From Felis catus (Eukaryota): a stretch of 64,000 nt of DNA. The notes below the pieces were generated by a model, which did no database searches, was not told the origin of the DNA, and saw nothing but the letters and a program-made list of their open reading frames with translations. The position numbers were made by a program, and so were the translations under genes. The DNA lies in assembly GCF_018350175.1 (NCBI RefSeq), contig NC_058376.1:32798001-32862000 (forward strand). The letters run 5' to 3'. Of this stretch, positions 1 to 11,983 are shown in pieces; the stretch's first letter is position 1; each line of letters opens with the position of its first letter.

Positions 1-447
1 GAATGTAACAGACACTACCTACTCCCTTATCAGGGTCTCCTTAGGAATTTGACAATCAAAATACCTAGCTAAAATAAGTAAACCATAAAATTTATGTTCC
101 ACGAGGGACAGTAGGCCCATAGTCTGACTCCTCACTCAATGAAATAGAGACAATCAGGAATGAACAACCCAGCACCTAGAATTATCAAGTTAATAAGGGT
201 AGGACCTGAGAAGGCAGGAGGGGGAAAGGATAGGTGAACGACCATAACCTTATAAAACAAAGCCTATAGCCAGGGGCATTCACATTTGAATGTCCCCTCT
301 CTGTAAAGAGAGCTTTCATACTATTCTTCCTTTCTGACCTAACATTCTAGAAACTTGTGCCTGCTGCTCATTTTGTGTCCGCTTTTTTATTTTTCAAAAC
401 TGAGAGATAACAAATCCCGGGTATTGAGGTTAAAAAATCCTGCAACA
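1..447 (+). mobile_element. ERV-like LTR, 3' part (truncated by the window edge)
   Basis: TATAAAA at 251-257, then an R/U5-like pyrimidine-rich segment (gagagctttcatactattcttcc...cctgctgctcattttgtgtccgc) and an LTR-type terminus ...aaaaaatcctgcaaCA at 447. No recognisable internal ERV sequence follows. Confidence 0.6.
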
Positions 448-1366
448 ATAGTGTTACTGCTCAATCTATGTGAAACTCAATTGCAAATTTGAATGTCTTG
501 CAAAATGTATTGCTAAAAAAGCGGGAAGAGATTTTTTTTTTAATGGTGGTATTTCAGAAGTTTTAGGAGAAAATAATCCCATACAGCAAAACATTAGACA
601 CAAGGCTCACTGGGAATTTCTTTCCACTCTTCCTCCTGATGAAAACCTCTGAGATCGAAACCTTTTGTTTACTAGGCCACAACCTTTACCATTACCTGTC
701 ACGTCTCATCTGCTTCTACGTGCTTTCCCCTTGTGTTTTGAAACAGTGGGGCCCCTAGGGAACCAGGGTTTGGGGATGTGGGGGATACAGAGGAAGGTGA
801 CCTTTCTAGGATGGGAGCAGGGAAAGCCTAGGAAATGGTATGAGTAGGTCAAGGCTGAAAACTGCATTCCCAGGGAAGACCTACCTGCTCGTTTGAAGAA
901 GAGTAAAAGAAGAGAATTTAACTCTTATTTGTGGCCTCAATTTCAAAGGGCACATTTAACTCCAAGATCCCTATGGGATGTGTGTGGGTGGAAAAGTCAG
1001 ATGAATTCCTCTGATTCTATGACAGCATGGTTTGCAGTCTGTTCCTTTCAAGGTATTTCCCAAAGAATTTAGATTTCGTAGAAGTATATTAACACCACAA
1101 TAGCAAACTGGTGGATACGACTGACCTGTGGTAAGTTCATTTTGGCCGATACCATGTCTTGCTTTTTTTTCCCACATTTACTATTTTGAGACCATGTCTT
1201 TGGTTTGTTGGGGTCCACAGCAATCCCTGCTGTTTTATACTTAGTCCTCCTCAAAAAGGTTTGAAGGCATATGAGTTTTCAATCCTGTTTCCAGAGCAAT
1301 GGACAAGTGTTAGAGGGAATTAACACCAGGAACTCTATTATCCCTGGAAAACCTTTGCACCTTTTG

Positions 1367-1367
<1 letters not shown>

Positions 1368-1404
<37 letters not shown>

Positions 1405-1406
1405 AT

Positions 1407-1444
<38 letters not shown>

Positions 1445-1446
1445 GC
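1368..1446. repeat. (TG)n microsatellite, interrupted
   Basis: Read directly; explains the CVCVCV ORF at 1271-1480. Confidence 0.97.
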
Positions 1447-3255
1447 ATTTATAAACACTTTTTGGATGTTTTGTCCCTAGAAATAGATGACAGCACTGAT
1501 GAATGAGGAGTGAAATTTTTTACTTAATCCATATATTCAGTAATTTCATACACAGAGACTAACACGTACACATTTAAAATGTACACTTAATATTTTTATC
1601 TACTGACTGAATTTTTATAGACTATAAAGAAACATACTTTACTTCTTAAAGTTCCTTTCTTTCCATCAACAGAGTTTCATCACTTAGCCCATTTTTAAAG
1701 CTATGTTATCATGTTTTTAACTGCATTTTCTCATTTTACCCCATGAGAGAAATGTTTCTGTATAATTCAAACAAATGCTTGGCCACAGTCTTACTATTCC
1801 TTCTTGAGTGTATTTGGTTGTAGAAGACATTCACTCTGCTAAATATAAAATGCTCTAAGCCTTGTTTTCTAACGTCCCCTTCCAAACAGAGCCTGGAAAT
1901 GGGAGACTTCATGGCTCATGGCAGCGTGCGCACAGTCAACACAAGAGGGTGAAAAATAGCCCGGACCCATCTTCCCTCCATGTCTCCTCATGTATTATTA
2001 AAGTCAGCAAAGCTTCCTGGATTGCTGAACAAAGCTGACCATCCTCCACCAACAAATTCAATCCGCAGGCTTCTGAATGGTCGCCAAAGCTCTGTGTTGC
2101 CTGCACATGGCAGATATAATTGGCAAACTGAATGAAGAATTTCCTATTCTTATTAGGCAGTATTCCAGATAGGAGATAAGAATAGCCTGAAGAGCTGAGC
2201 TGGCATGTAAAAGGGGCTCTGCTTTTCATATAACACTTATTATGAAGATGCAAATTTCCTCTCAACTAGAAAGGACCTTTGTGGCTGTTCAGCAGACATT
2301 CCTTTAGCCGTTAGCAATTTGTTCTCAGTGTCTTATTTTTCAGTATTTCCCAACGCCATTTTGAGGCAATATAATATTATCTTCTCAGAATTCTCCCTCA
2401 GCACATCTTTAATATTCATAAATCATATCCTTAGTGTTGTAATATTTGTATATTCAAAATACCATATGCAAGGATTTGTCCTCCTTAATGTTCATTTAAC
2501 TAACACTTAGGTTACTGAAACTGAATACAGTCATTGGATTAGACCCACATTTTCATCAGGTAATATTCCATAAAGAGAAACACCAAATATCTCTGCATCA
2601 TTTTTAGCCAGTTAGTATGTAACCATGTTTAAAAGTCATTGGGGCCGATGTGCTTACATGTGTTACTTTGTAATTTTGCCCTCATCAGTATAGTTCATTT
2701 ATCGAATGGATCATATGTGTTGCACATGTATGTTCTAAAAAACTCACATGGCTTTTACAAGGTAAAGAAAATATCTGTGCCACATTTTACTTTTACTCCT
2801 CAGTAAAGTTTTTCCCCTCAGTGTTAGCAGATACTTGGCTTCCCTTCTAGAAATCATCAAGGTGTACACAGAATAAAAAGTACATAATTGTAGGATTCCC
2901 AGTTTAGATACCTTAATTCTTTCACTGTTTCACTATCACAACTTGGAAATCTGACGGTTAATAATCAAGTTGACAACTAGATTTACTATTTTAATAATTG
3001 CTACATTTTAATTTATTATTAGATTAAAAGTGAACATACATATAAGAATACAGTGGCTACTGAAATGCTATTCACTCATTCTTGAACCCACTGCTCATCA
3101 GGGCTACGACATGCGCTGTGAGCCATCTTTGCAAAATACTCTGCTAAGCCTGCAGATAGACAACACTCTCTTCTAGAGGGCAGCCACTGTCGCCATGGAC
3201 CAGCCAGAGAAGAGATGCCTATCTTGCTATTTAACTTCTTTTTAGGTCAGGGAAT

Positions 3256-3602
3256 CTTACTTTCTCCCCTCCCCTTTTCCCCTTCCCTTCCCTGTCTCTC
3301 TCCATCCATGTCTCTGTGTTCTCTTTTGGTCTCCCTGAATGTGTTCCTTTCTCATCCTGTGTCTCTGTACCTGCAGGCAGACCTTTCTTCTTTCCTTTGT
3401 CTCCTCTCTATCTTCCTCAAACTCTTTCTACCTTCTTTTGTCTCACCCCCCCCCCCAGCTCTCTGACCACCGTCCTTCAGTCCTTTTCTCTGTCCTTCAC
3501 TGTCTGTCTTTCAGAAACACACCCTCTCCCCTCTTTTTCTCTCTGTTCCTCTGTCTGCCCAGCTTCTCTCTGTTCTCCTTTTCTGCTTAACTCTCTCTTT
3601 TC
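3256..3602 (+). repeat. CT-rich low-complexity polypyrimidine tract
   Basis: About 350 bp strongly dominated by C/T; explains the three overlapping S/L/P/F-rich ORFs at 3215-3720. Confidence 0.85.
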
Positions 3603-3809
3603 AAGTGAATACCCTCTTGCTGGGCACATTCGTCCCCTCCCCTCCACCTGTTCCACTGCTACTTACATTTCAAGCCTTAGCATAAATGCTACTTATCAGA
3701 AAACCATCTCCTTCAACTAGATTAAATCCTGCTTACAGAGAATCCCATACTCTCCTCCACTTCTTCCTTCATAGCTCACCTACAAGTATGCCCTAAAATT
3801 GTATCTTTC

Positions 3810-4480
3810 AAGTTTTTAATCAGAAAAATACATAGTTTTAAAACAGAACCAAGTGTCCCAACTACCTCTGCTCCCACTAGCCCAATTCCCACACAATCCT
3901 TCCTATCACCATCCTCTATACAAAGGTTACCATTATTCACAGTTACTTTTCAATCTTTCTTTCCTTACTGTACACAAGATATTAGCAGCTGATATATACT
4001 ATCATGCACTACTTTTTAACTTAATATATTCTGGAAGTCTCTCCATATTAGTAAATAGACTGATTTCTTTCTTAAAACTGTATTCTGTTCATTTGTTGAT
4101 TATATGTATATACATATATATATACATAATATATATGTAAATATTTATATATATTTATAATAATATTTATATATATAAATTGATTAAAGCATTACTATCG
4201 ATGGATATGCCAGCCATGTCCTCATACAAATAATCTTGCATATATATCAATTCACATATGTATGAGCTCAGAAGTGTGGGTGCCTGATAAAAGGTTATGC
4301 ACTTTTTTTAAAAGAAAAATATTGACTTATTGCCTACAATGGAAGCTATAACAAATTTACATTCCCATGAACAGTGCATGAGAGTAGCTGTTTCCCCCAC
4401 AGTTTTGCCGAGAATGTATAATAAAACTTATTTTTTTAATTTAAGTTTGAATGAAGTCGAATGAAAAACTGCATCAGAGC
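3810..4480 (-). mobile_element. Old L1 (L1M-type) 3' fragment
   Basis: Degenerate antisense L1 motifs such as aatttacattcccatgaacagtgcatgagagtagctgtttcccc; contains an AT-rich simple repeat at about 4100-4180. Confidence 0.65.
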
Positions 4481-4620
4481 ACATTATTGCCTCTAATATA
4501 CCATACGACCCCTCCCACTGTTTTGATTTCTTTCCATTAGTCTAAAAATATGCTCAGTGTTTATTTAAAAAACAAAAACAAAAACAAAACCATTTTCCTA
4601 ACCTCATTTCGTCCTTTAAA

Positions 4621-4856
4621 GTGTTTCTTTTTAAAAAAATTTTAATGCTTATTATTTATTTTTGAGAGAGAGAAAGAGAGAGACAGAGCACCAGTGGGGA
4701 GAGGGACAGAGAGAGAGGAAGACACAGAATCTGAAGCAGGCTCCAGGCTCAGAACTGTCAGCAGAGAGCCTGACGCCGGGCTTGAACCCACAAACCCTGA
4801 GATCATGACCTGAGACGAAGTCAGACACTTAACCAACTAAACCACCCAGGTGCCCC
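4621..4856 (-). mobile_element. CanSINE (felid SINEC_Fc-like)
   Basis: Reverse complement of the GGGGCACCTGGGTGG head, (CT)n region and A-rich tail; degenerate TSD ctcatttcgtccttta / ctcacttctcccttta. Confidence 0.95.
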
Positions 4857-4859
4857 TCA

Positions 4860-5560
4860 CTTCTCCCTTTAATCATCACCCTCTTTCTCATTTTCCTTCA
4901 CGACCTCACACACAGTCATTCTGGAGCCCATTTCAATCTGACTAGCACACTTAATCACTCTATTATTAATGCCCTTGTGAAGGTTACCAATAACCTAACT
5001 TCCAAGTCCATTGAGCCCTTTCTGTCCTATCTCACTTGATTTTTCTGGAATGTCTGATGCTGATCATCATGGTCTTCTTCCTCAAATCTTCTTTCCATTG
5101 GCTTTTGGGGAAAACTCTCTTCTGATTGGTTGAGAAATTCTGGTTGCTTTGCATCAATCTCTTTAGTAGGCTTTTTATTGTCCCATTAACCTTTAAATAT
5201 TAGTAGGCCCTAGGATTTACTTCTTGTTCTCTTCTTATTTAAAACTTCTTCCTAAGGACACCTGAGTGGTGCAGTTGGTTGAGTGAAGACCTCTTGATTT
5301 CAGCTCAGGTCATGATCCCAGGGTCATGGGCTCTAGCCCTCCATCAGTATCCATGCTCAGTGTGAAGCCTGCTTGAGATTCTCTCTCTCCCTCTGCCCCT
5401 CTCCCCTGCTCTCTCTCTTTCTCTCTAAAAAAGTGGGGGGGGGGAGAGAAAGAGAGAGAGAGAGAGAAATCCTCCTGACCCATCTCGTTTGTACCCAGGG
5501 CTTTTAATGCAATAATATGATAGTATTAATAGCCCCAAATCTTTATCTCCAGCCCATCTT
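4860..5560 (+). mobile_element. L2 fragment, interrupted by a CanSINE
   Basis: L2-like motifs gcccttgtgaaggttaccaataacct, cctatctcacttgat and ccccaaatctttatctccagccc. Confidence 0.6.
5255..5432 (+). mobile_element. Older CanSINE
   Basis: ggacacctgagtggtgcagttggtt...ctcttgatttcagctcaggtcatgatccca, then (CT)n and a short A tail followed by a G/(GA)n tract. Confidence 0.9.
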
Positions 5561-5936
5561 TGCATCTGTTGACCCTGCTCCAGGTAATGTATAAGAGAGG
5601 GGTAAGAGAAGGGAAATATTATATTATGATTTTCAATTATGAAAACGGAAAGAAAAAAATAAGATGTGCAAATGATTAATACTAAGTTCCACTCACTGAG
5701 TGCCGGGTATGAGGCAAGGACTATAGGGTGAGTTTATACTATGAAATGAGCTCTGTCCCTGATCCTCAATCAAGCCTCGAATTGCTGAGGAATGAGGGAG
5801 AAAACAATGATTGAATGCGTAGTTAGTATTCTAGGGCATGATTATTCAATCTCTTTGAGAAAACTGAAAAGATGATCTGAAAATACACTCTATGTTGAAA
5901 AGGTCTAGTGTAGGATTTATTGAACAGGTTGACTTG

Positions 5937-5955
5937 GAGAGCCACCTAGTGGTAA
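5937..5955 (-). promoter_or_regulatory. CTCF core motif (candidate), with adjacent GC box at 5971-5980
   Basis: Minus strand reads TTACCACTAGGTGGCTCTC, matching CCASYAGRKGGC. GAGGCGGGGC (SP/KLF-like) lies about 16 bp away. Confidence 0.55.
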
Positions 5956-6371
5956 GAAAGTATGTGAGGAGAGGCGGGGCCTGCGAGTCCAAAGGCCAGT
6001 CCCAGAGGGGCCTCCTACTTTACCTAGACCCCTAGGGCCAGAACTCTTAGGATCTGACTAGATGTTAGACAGGATTCTCCTCTTACAACACTGCTGTTCC
6101 AGCTTATTTGATTTCCCTCATACATTTTCAGGTTAATATACTTATTTTCTTACAGGTTTATTTAACTTACCAACCTGGCAGTAGACAGTCAGAATTGGGA
6201 GAAGAAATGCATCAGAGTGAGGTATGCAAAAATCAAACCAAAGCAAAACTGATGGTTGTGCTGATCCAATCTCAGGGTTAGACATGGGGGCAGTAATGGC
6301 ACCTGTCGCTGCTACCAGTCCCCTTTCTTCCCCCCCTTTCTACTCTCTGACATATCTTCTGAGTTACTATT

Positions 6372-6438
6372 AACAAAACAAAACAAAACAAAACAAAAAA
6401 ACCAAACAAAAACAAAAGCAAAAACAAAAAACAAAAAC
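6372..6438. repeat. (AAAAC)n-type simple repeat
   Basis: Read directly. Confidence 0.9.
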
Positions 6439-6569
6439 AGCTTCTCAGTATAAGCCAGAAATAAATTCCGAATGGTTCATGAAACCCCTGAGTCAGAAGA
6501 CCCTAGATGATTTAACATTTAAAAATAGGAGGCTACTAACAAAAACAAACAACAAAATGAACAAACAAA

Positions 6570-6925
6570 GCTCTTGCTATGTTATGCTAACATAATTTTA
6601 AAAATCCCCAAATTTCACTGGTTCTCAAGAGTATATACATTTCTTATTTGTGTTCATATGGATGGTGGCTGGTCAGTCGTGGCTTTCCTCTATTCTAGAA
6701 TGGAAGGCTTCTGGATCCAGAACCCGGGCTGAAGGAACAGCTCTGATATGAGACATTACTCTTGGGACTAAGGGAAAAAGATCAAGAGACCACAGAGAAA
6801 CTCTCAGTTGTCCTTAAAGCTTCTGCTCAGAGGCAGCCCTGGTCTCTTTCCCTTGTATCTCATTGGACACAGCATGTCACATGGCCAAGCCTCAGGTTGA
6901 TGGAGATGGAAATAGAGTCTCAGTA
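6570..6925 (-). mobile_element. Old MaLR solo LTR (MLT1J/K-like)
   Basis: Antisense MLT1 motifs: ggctgaaggaacagc, cttaaagcttctgctcag, cattggacacagcatgtcacatggccaagcct. Confidence 0.65.
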
Positions 6926-7058
6926 TAAGAAGTGACACTTAGGTGCCGAAGGATGCTCAGTGTAACATAATTTATCATCCAAATCGGGACTATGTTGAGA
7001 GTGAATGTGTTTTTCAATAATAAACCAGGATAATGGATTAAAAACTGGGATTGTCCTT

Positions 7059-7164
7059 GGGCACCTGGGTGGCTCAGCTGGTTAAGACTCAACTCTTGAT
7101 TTCAACTCAGGTCATGATGTCATGGTTCGTGACTTCCCCACCATCAGTGCAGAGCCTGTCTGGG

Positions 7165-7220
<56 letters not shown>

Positions 7221-7274
7221 CTCTCTGTCTCTATCCTGCACACTCTCTCAAAATAAATAAACTTAAATAAAAAA
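7059..7274 (+). mobile_element. CanSINE with short internal deletion and expanded (CT)n
   Basis: gggcacctgggtggctcag head; TSD ctgggattgtcct on both sides; the ttcgagcccc B-box segment is missing. Confidence 0.93.
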
Positions 7275-8701
7275 AAAACCTGGGATTGTCCTGGAAAACT
7301 TTACCACCTTCTTATAATCCTCTTACAGGAAAAAAAAAAAGAGCATGTAATCGAGAATAATTGAGTTGAACACAAGCTTTGATAAAAACACTGGCATGCA
7401 TGCGCGCGCACACACACACACACGGATGCATTCACACACCCCAAGAGAAGCAAGGGAAAACAGGCAAAAAGACTAGATCAGGTGCATCAGGAAGTTAGAT
7501 ATTAGCCTCAGGCTGTGAGATCTCTTCTGAAATACAGGTCAAGACAAAGGATAATGGACTAAGAGTAGTTCAATTTAAATGATATCCTGCTTCTTAAAAG
7601 GTAATAGTAAGTAATGGTAAGAAAAAGGAGCATCTAAGGTGCCATTTCTCTGGCCTCAGCAATTGAGTCCAGCGGGTCTCAAGGCATTAGTGGGAGGACA
7701 GAGGACACGAGAAAATAGAGGATCCATTTTGTTAGGTCAGGAATTGCAGGTGATGAACAGGTAAAAAAAAAAAATCTTAAATTATATCTCCAAATGAGGG
7801 GATTTGGAGTCATGTATAGATAGAAATTCTAAGTATTAAGATAAATATTAAAAAACCCCACAAGTCCTATGAGTTTAAACCATTTTTTAATTAGGAATTC
7901 AAAATATAGCAGAGATTCATTACATGGATGACAGGAGATTGACATGGAGTGGAACAGTGACGAAGAGCCAGGTGGGGGAGGAACAAGGAGCAAACAAATT
8001 AAGGAATTGGAGGTTAACATATTTCTATTGCTGACATTTGGTTTCAGTGAAGCTAATGTTGTTTCATTCAGAAATATATTTAAAAGCAATCCTGAGCTTC
8101 TTTAAAAAAAAAGTATTGTTTGTAAGGAAAAATACTTTTGAGTGAGAAGATTAAAATCTTTTTTTTTTCCACTGAAAGTGTAGGGTAAAACACTTGGTTT
8201 AAAGAAGAGACAGTCAGTCATCAAGGGAAATTCTCTAGACCACAATTCATGCTATTAAACAGAAAACATGTATTTCAAATATTCTCTAGACTTTAGCTGT
8301 TGTCACTGAATGAAATAAACTTTGATCTGAACATGACTGCCTCTTCTGTTTTGACCCCACCCAAAGAGCAAGCTTAAAAGAGTGAAGGCTGGGGCGTCCT
8401 GGGAAGTATCAGCCCCTCTCCCTACAACTGCTCATTTACTAACTGCACTATTTAATTATACCAGTTCTCTAACCTTAAATGTGTCCCAGGAAAATAAGAC
8501 TTAATTGTTTTCTGTCCCTTGCTCTTAACAAATATTAAGCAATTAAAAGCAAGCACTATATTGCCTTAAATATCTTCATATTTATCCAGAAATATATTTT
8601 GAAATATGTCCTTAGGGAGTTCTATTTATGAAACACTGGACACTATTTTCCCTGAAGTAGAGTACCTGTTAAATTACTGGTGTCATGGAAATTTGCTGTT
8701 T

Positions 8702-8720
8702 TGTCCACAAGGTGGCAGAA
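8702..8720 (+). promoter_or_regulatory. CTCF core motif (candidate)
   Basis: TGTCCACAAGGTGGCAGAA matches CCASYAGRKGGCRS with one mismatch, in apparently unique sequence. Confidence 0.5.
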
Positions 8721-8955
8721 TAAGATAGGAGCTCTATGTGCCTTTTCCAAATAGCAGGAGCCACTTCAGACACCTTGTTTTATCAAATTAAGACAAAAGA
8801 TGCCTAAATAACTGTACTACATGCCTTTGTGAACCTAAATACTTGCGTACAAGAGACAATACAAGTAAAAGTTTTTGAAAGAAGTTAAAAGGACTGAATG
8901 CTCTTGAATATCCTTAAGACAAACTCCAAGGGAAAGGTATTCTAAAGTTGGTTTC

Positions 8956-9157
8956 AATGTTTATTTATTTTTGGGACAGAGAGAGACAGAGCATGAACGG
9001 GGGAGGGGCAGAGAGAGAGGGAGACACAGAATCGGAAACAGGCTCCAGGCTCTGAGCCATCAGCCCAGAGCCTGACGTGGGGCTCGAACTCACGGACCGC
9101 GAGATCCTGACCTGGCTGAAGTCGGATGCTTAACTGACTGTGCCACCCAGGCGCCCC
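8956..9157 (-). mobile_element. Young felid CanSINE lacking a poly(A) tail
   Basis: Diagnostic ttcagccaggtc and tgggctgatggctcag segments; perfect 13-bp TSD taaagttggtttc at 8943-8955 and 9158-9170. Confidence 0.97.
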
Positions 9158-9338
9158 TAAAGTTGGTTTCTAATAACATTTGTTTCAAATAAGTATTTTC
9201 TCTTAGCAATTTTTTGAGAACACCATGAAGCTGGCCCCTGCATTATGAACCCAGAGGTTTGTTCTCTCCACTGTCTGTTCCTGAGACCATACAGAAGGTA
9301 TCTGGGGAGATGCCACTAAAGAATGGTACCTTAACATA

Positions 9339-9556
9339 AAGTGGACTCTTAACTAAGGAGAACAAGCTGAGGGTTGATGGAAGGGGTGTGGGGGGGGGAG
9401 GGAAGAGCTAGATGGGTGATGGACATTAAGGAAGGCACTTGTTGTGATGAGCACTGGGTGTTGTATGTAAGTGATGAATCACTGAATTCTACTTCTGAAA
9501 CATTATATTCTATGTTAACTAACTGTAATTTAAATAAAAACTTGAAATGAAAAAAA
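9339..9556 (+). mobile_element. Carnivore L1 3' end, 5'-truncated
   Basis: gagaacaagctgagggttg, G-rich tract, gatgagcactgggtgttgtatgtaagtgatgaatcact, aataaa and A tail; TSD-like aatggtac on both flanks. Confidence 0.9.
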
Positions 9557-9745
9557 ATGGTACACTAAACATATTTTGAACATCTGTGCCAGTAAAGAGA
9601 GACACTTACCTTTCACCCTCCTCCCCCAACATTACACTGTTGTGAAAACATAAAACATACAGTTGCCTTTGGAAAGGAATTGAAAGGATGTAACATTGTC
9701 ATGTAGGAAAATAAAAGAAAATAATATTTATCATAACCTCTGATA

Positions 9746-9958
9746 GGGGCGCCTGGGTGGCTCAGTTGGCTAAGCATCTGACTTCGACTCAGGTCATGAT
9801 CTTACAGATCGTGGGTTTGAGCCCCATGTCAGGCTCTGTGCTGACAGTGCAGAGCCTGCTTGGATTCTCTGTCTCCCTCTCTCTCTGCCCCTCCCCTGCT
9901 TGTGCCCTTGCTCTCTCTCTCAAACATATATAAACATTACGAAAAGAATTTTTAAACA
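9746..9958 (+). mobile_element. CanSINE
   Basis: ggggcgcctgggtggctcag head; TSD aacctctgata at 9735-9745 and 9959-9969. Confidence 0.96.
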
Positions 9959-10149
9959 AACCTCTGATATAGTCAAATATATGAAATTAACAGCTACAAC
10001 AGGAAAACATTCAAGATGTCACCTGGTGCATATTTCAGTTCATCCAAGGCAAGGTTACTCTGGAGAAGTCATAACTGAAGAGTTGTTTTGGTATAATAAA
10101 TGCTGATTTCAGTATTTTAAAAACTTGCTGGTAAACATATTGCTAAAAC

Positions 10150-10593
10150 GAAATCTAAACTTCTTTATATGGCATTCAAGACCCTCCATTATCTGTTGTT
10201 CTTGTGCAATAGCTCTCTATCTTTTTCCAAACAAACCAATGCCTTTTACACCACTGTCTTTGCCAAGACCGTTACTTCTTAGAATGCGCTCTTTTCCTCT
10301 GTTCCTGCAACTGGCAAGTTGCCTTTTCTCCTTCAAGAAATGATTCAGAGCTCTCTCTCTAAAACGTCTCCTGAATTCTACCTTCAAAGCAGAAATACAT
10401 AATTATTTCCTTTGGTTAAATCTTAGAATTATTGTTCCTGTTTTCATCATCGTGATCATTTAATTCTACTTTCTTTTGTACAGTTATGTCTACCCAAGGA
10501 GAAGCCTAATTTCATCGTCTTTATGCCTCTAATGCCTACCAGGCAGATTTAAATGGAAGGGGCATTCAATAAGCCCTTTGGTGAATGAATGAA
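10150..10593 (+). mobile_element. L2 3' fragment
   Basis: atggcattcaagaccctcc...aatgcctac...ttcaataa...gaatgaatgaa, the characteristic L2 tail. Confidence 0.65.
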
Positions 10594-11685
10594 GGAGTCA
10601 ATAACAGCCATAAATCCATGCAGTGCACAGGTTAATGTATCTTTACATCATTATTTCTATTTGAAGATGACATTTATATTCAAAGATGAGTATGCTTTTA
10701 AAGTTTATCTTTAGTTGGTTTATTTTTACATTAAATTCAGAAATACCTTCAAATTGTGTTTAAATTATAGAGCACAAACCACAGGGCTATTATTCTTCAA
10801 CTTTTCGCAGTCTCTGAGAAGTCACACATATAAAAGGATTCAGCATATTAAAAATACAATTTAAATAACATATCCTTTGGAGACTATTGCTCTGAAGCAT
10901 AAAACTTCAATATTTCCTAAATATTTCAAATAAACAAACACTTACTAAATGCATTAAATGTTAAAGGTGTTATGTTAGGTGTATCTTCCATCAAATTAAT
11001 GACATTTTATACTTATCTCATGGACAGTAGACCTGATCTAGTTGTTTAAAAAAAATTAAGTTCTGAAAACAACCGTCTCAGTTTGACATTATGAGTGAAG
11101 AGTTTCATAAAAGGCAATTAAGTACTACATTATATATGTGTGTATATATATGCATATGTATATGTGTGTGTGAATATGTGTGTGTGTGTGTGTATCTCCA
11201 AATAAATTAATACACATTGATAGAATTCTCAATCCTGTAGTGAAAAAAAGTCACAATATCAATTAGTCTATGATAACTGAAAATATAGGCCTGGCATTTT
11301 TCATGAAAAATACATCCAAGAGAAGAGACTCTGCCAAGAGAATGGTGGAACACTGACTTTATACAATCAGAAAATCATTTAGGATTACTTCAGAACTATG
11401 GGGTAGATTCTACTGTTCATCAACATGTGACTCTCACAAGCTTCTGCTGTATTTGGGGTTACGTGGTTTGATATTTTGATTTTGGGGGTGGTGGGGTAGG
11501 TGGCTAATATTTTGACAAGGTAATCCACACCATCAATGGCATCATTTTTTTGCTGGAAAAGAATTTTTGATGACCAGAGGAAAGAACCTTCTAAAGGCAC
11601 CTAATGGGAAAGGAGATTGCAATCAATACAAAGAACTTTGCTCAGAGTATTTGGTCAAATACTCCCAGTTACTCTCCTCCATTTG

Positions 11686-11686
<1 letters not shown>

Positions 11687-11717
<31 letters not shown>
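11687..11717. repeat. (TG)n microsatellite
   Basis: Read directly. A second, mixed TA/TG tract lies at about 11131-11192. Confidence 0.95.
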
Positions 11718-11719
<2 letters not shown>

Positions 11720-11774
11720 ACCACCCATTATTTAGACTTTTTTTCTATGATAAATGAAAATGTAATAATTAAAT

Positions 11775-11983
11775 TTTTTTAATGTTTGTTTATTTTTGAG
11801 AGAGACAGAGACAGAATGTGAGTGGGTTAGGGGCAGAGAGAGAGGGAGACACCAAAGCAGAAGTAGGCTCCAGGCTCTGAGCTGTCAGCACAGAGCCCGA
11901 CGCGGGGCTCGAACTCACAAGCCGTGAGATCATGACCTGAGCCGAAGTCGGACACTCAACCGACTGAGCCACCCAGGCGCCCC
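11775..11983 (-). mobile_element. CanSINE (felid)
   Basis: Full length and CpG-retaining; TSD gaaaatgtaataattaaat at 11756-11774 and 11984-12002. Confidence 0.97.

Noticed and set aside
2144-2185. Inverted repeat ctattcttat / ataagaatag with a 22-nt loop as a possible miRNA hairpin
   Set aside because: The stem is only 10 bp, AT-rich and does not extend; too short for a pre-miRNA.
3215-3720. Three overlapping S/L/P/F-rich ORFs
   Set aside because: Produced by an A-poor polypyrimidine tract in which stop codons are rare.
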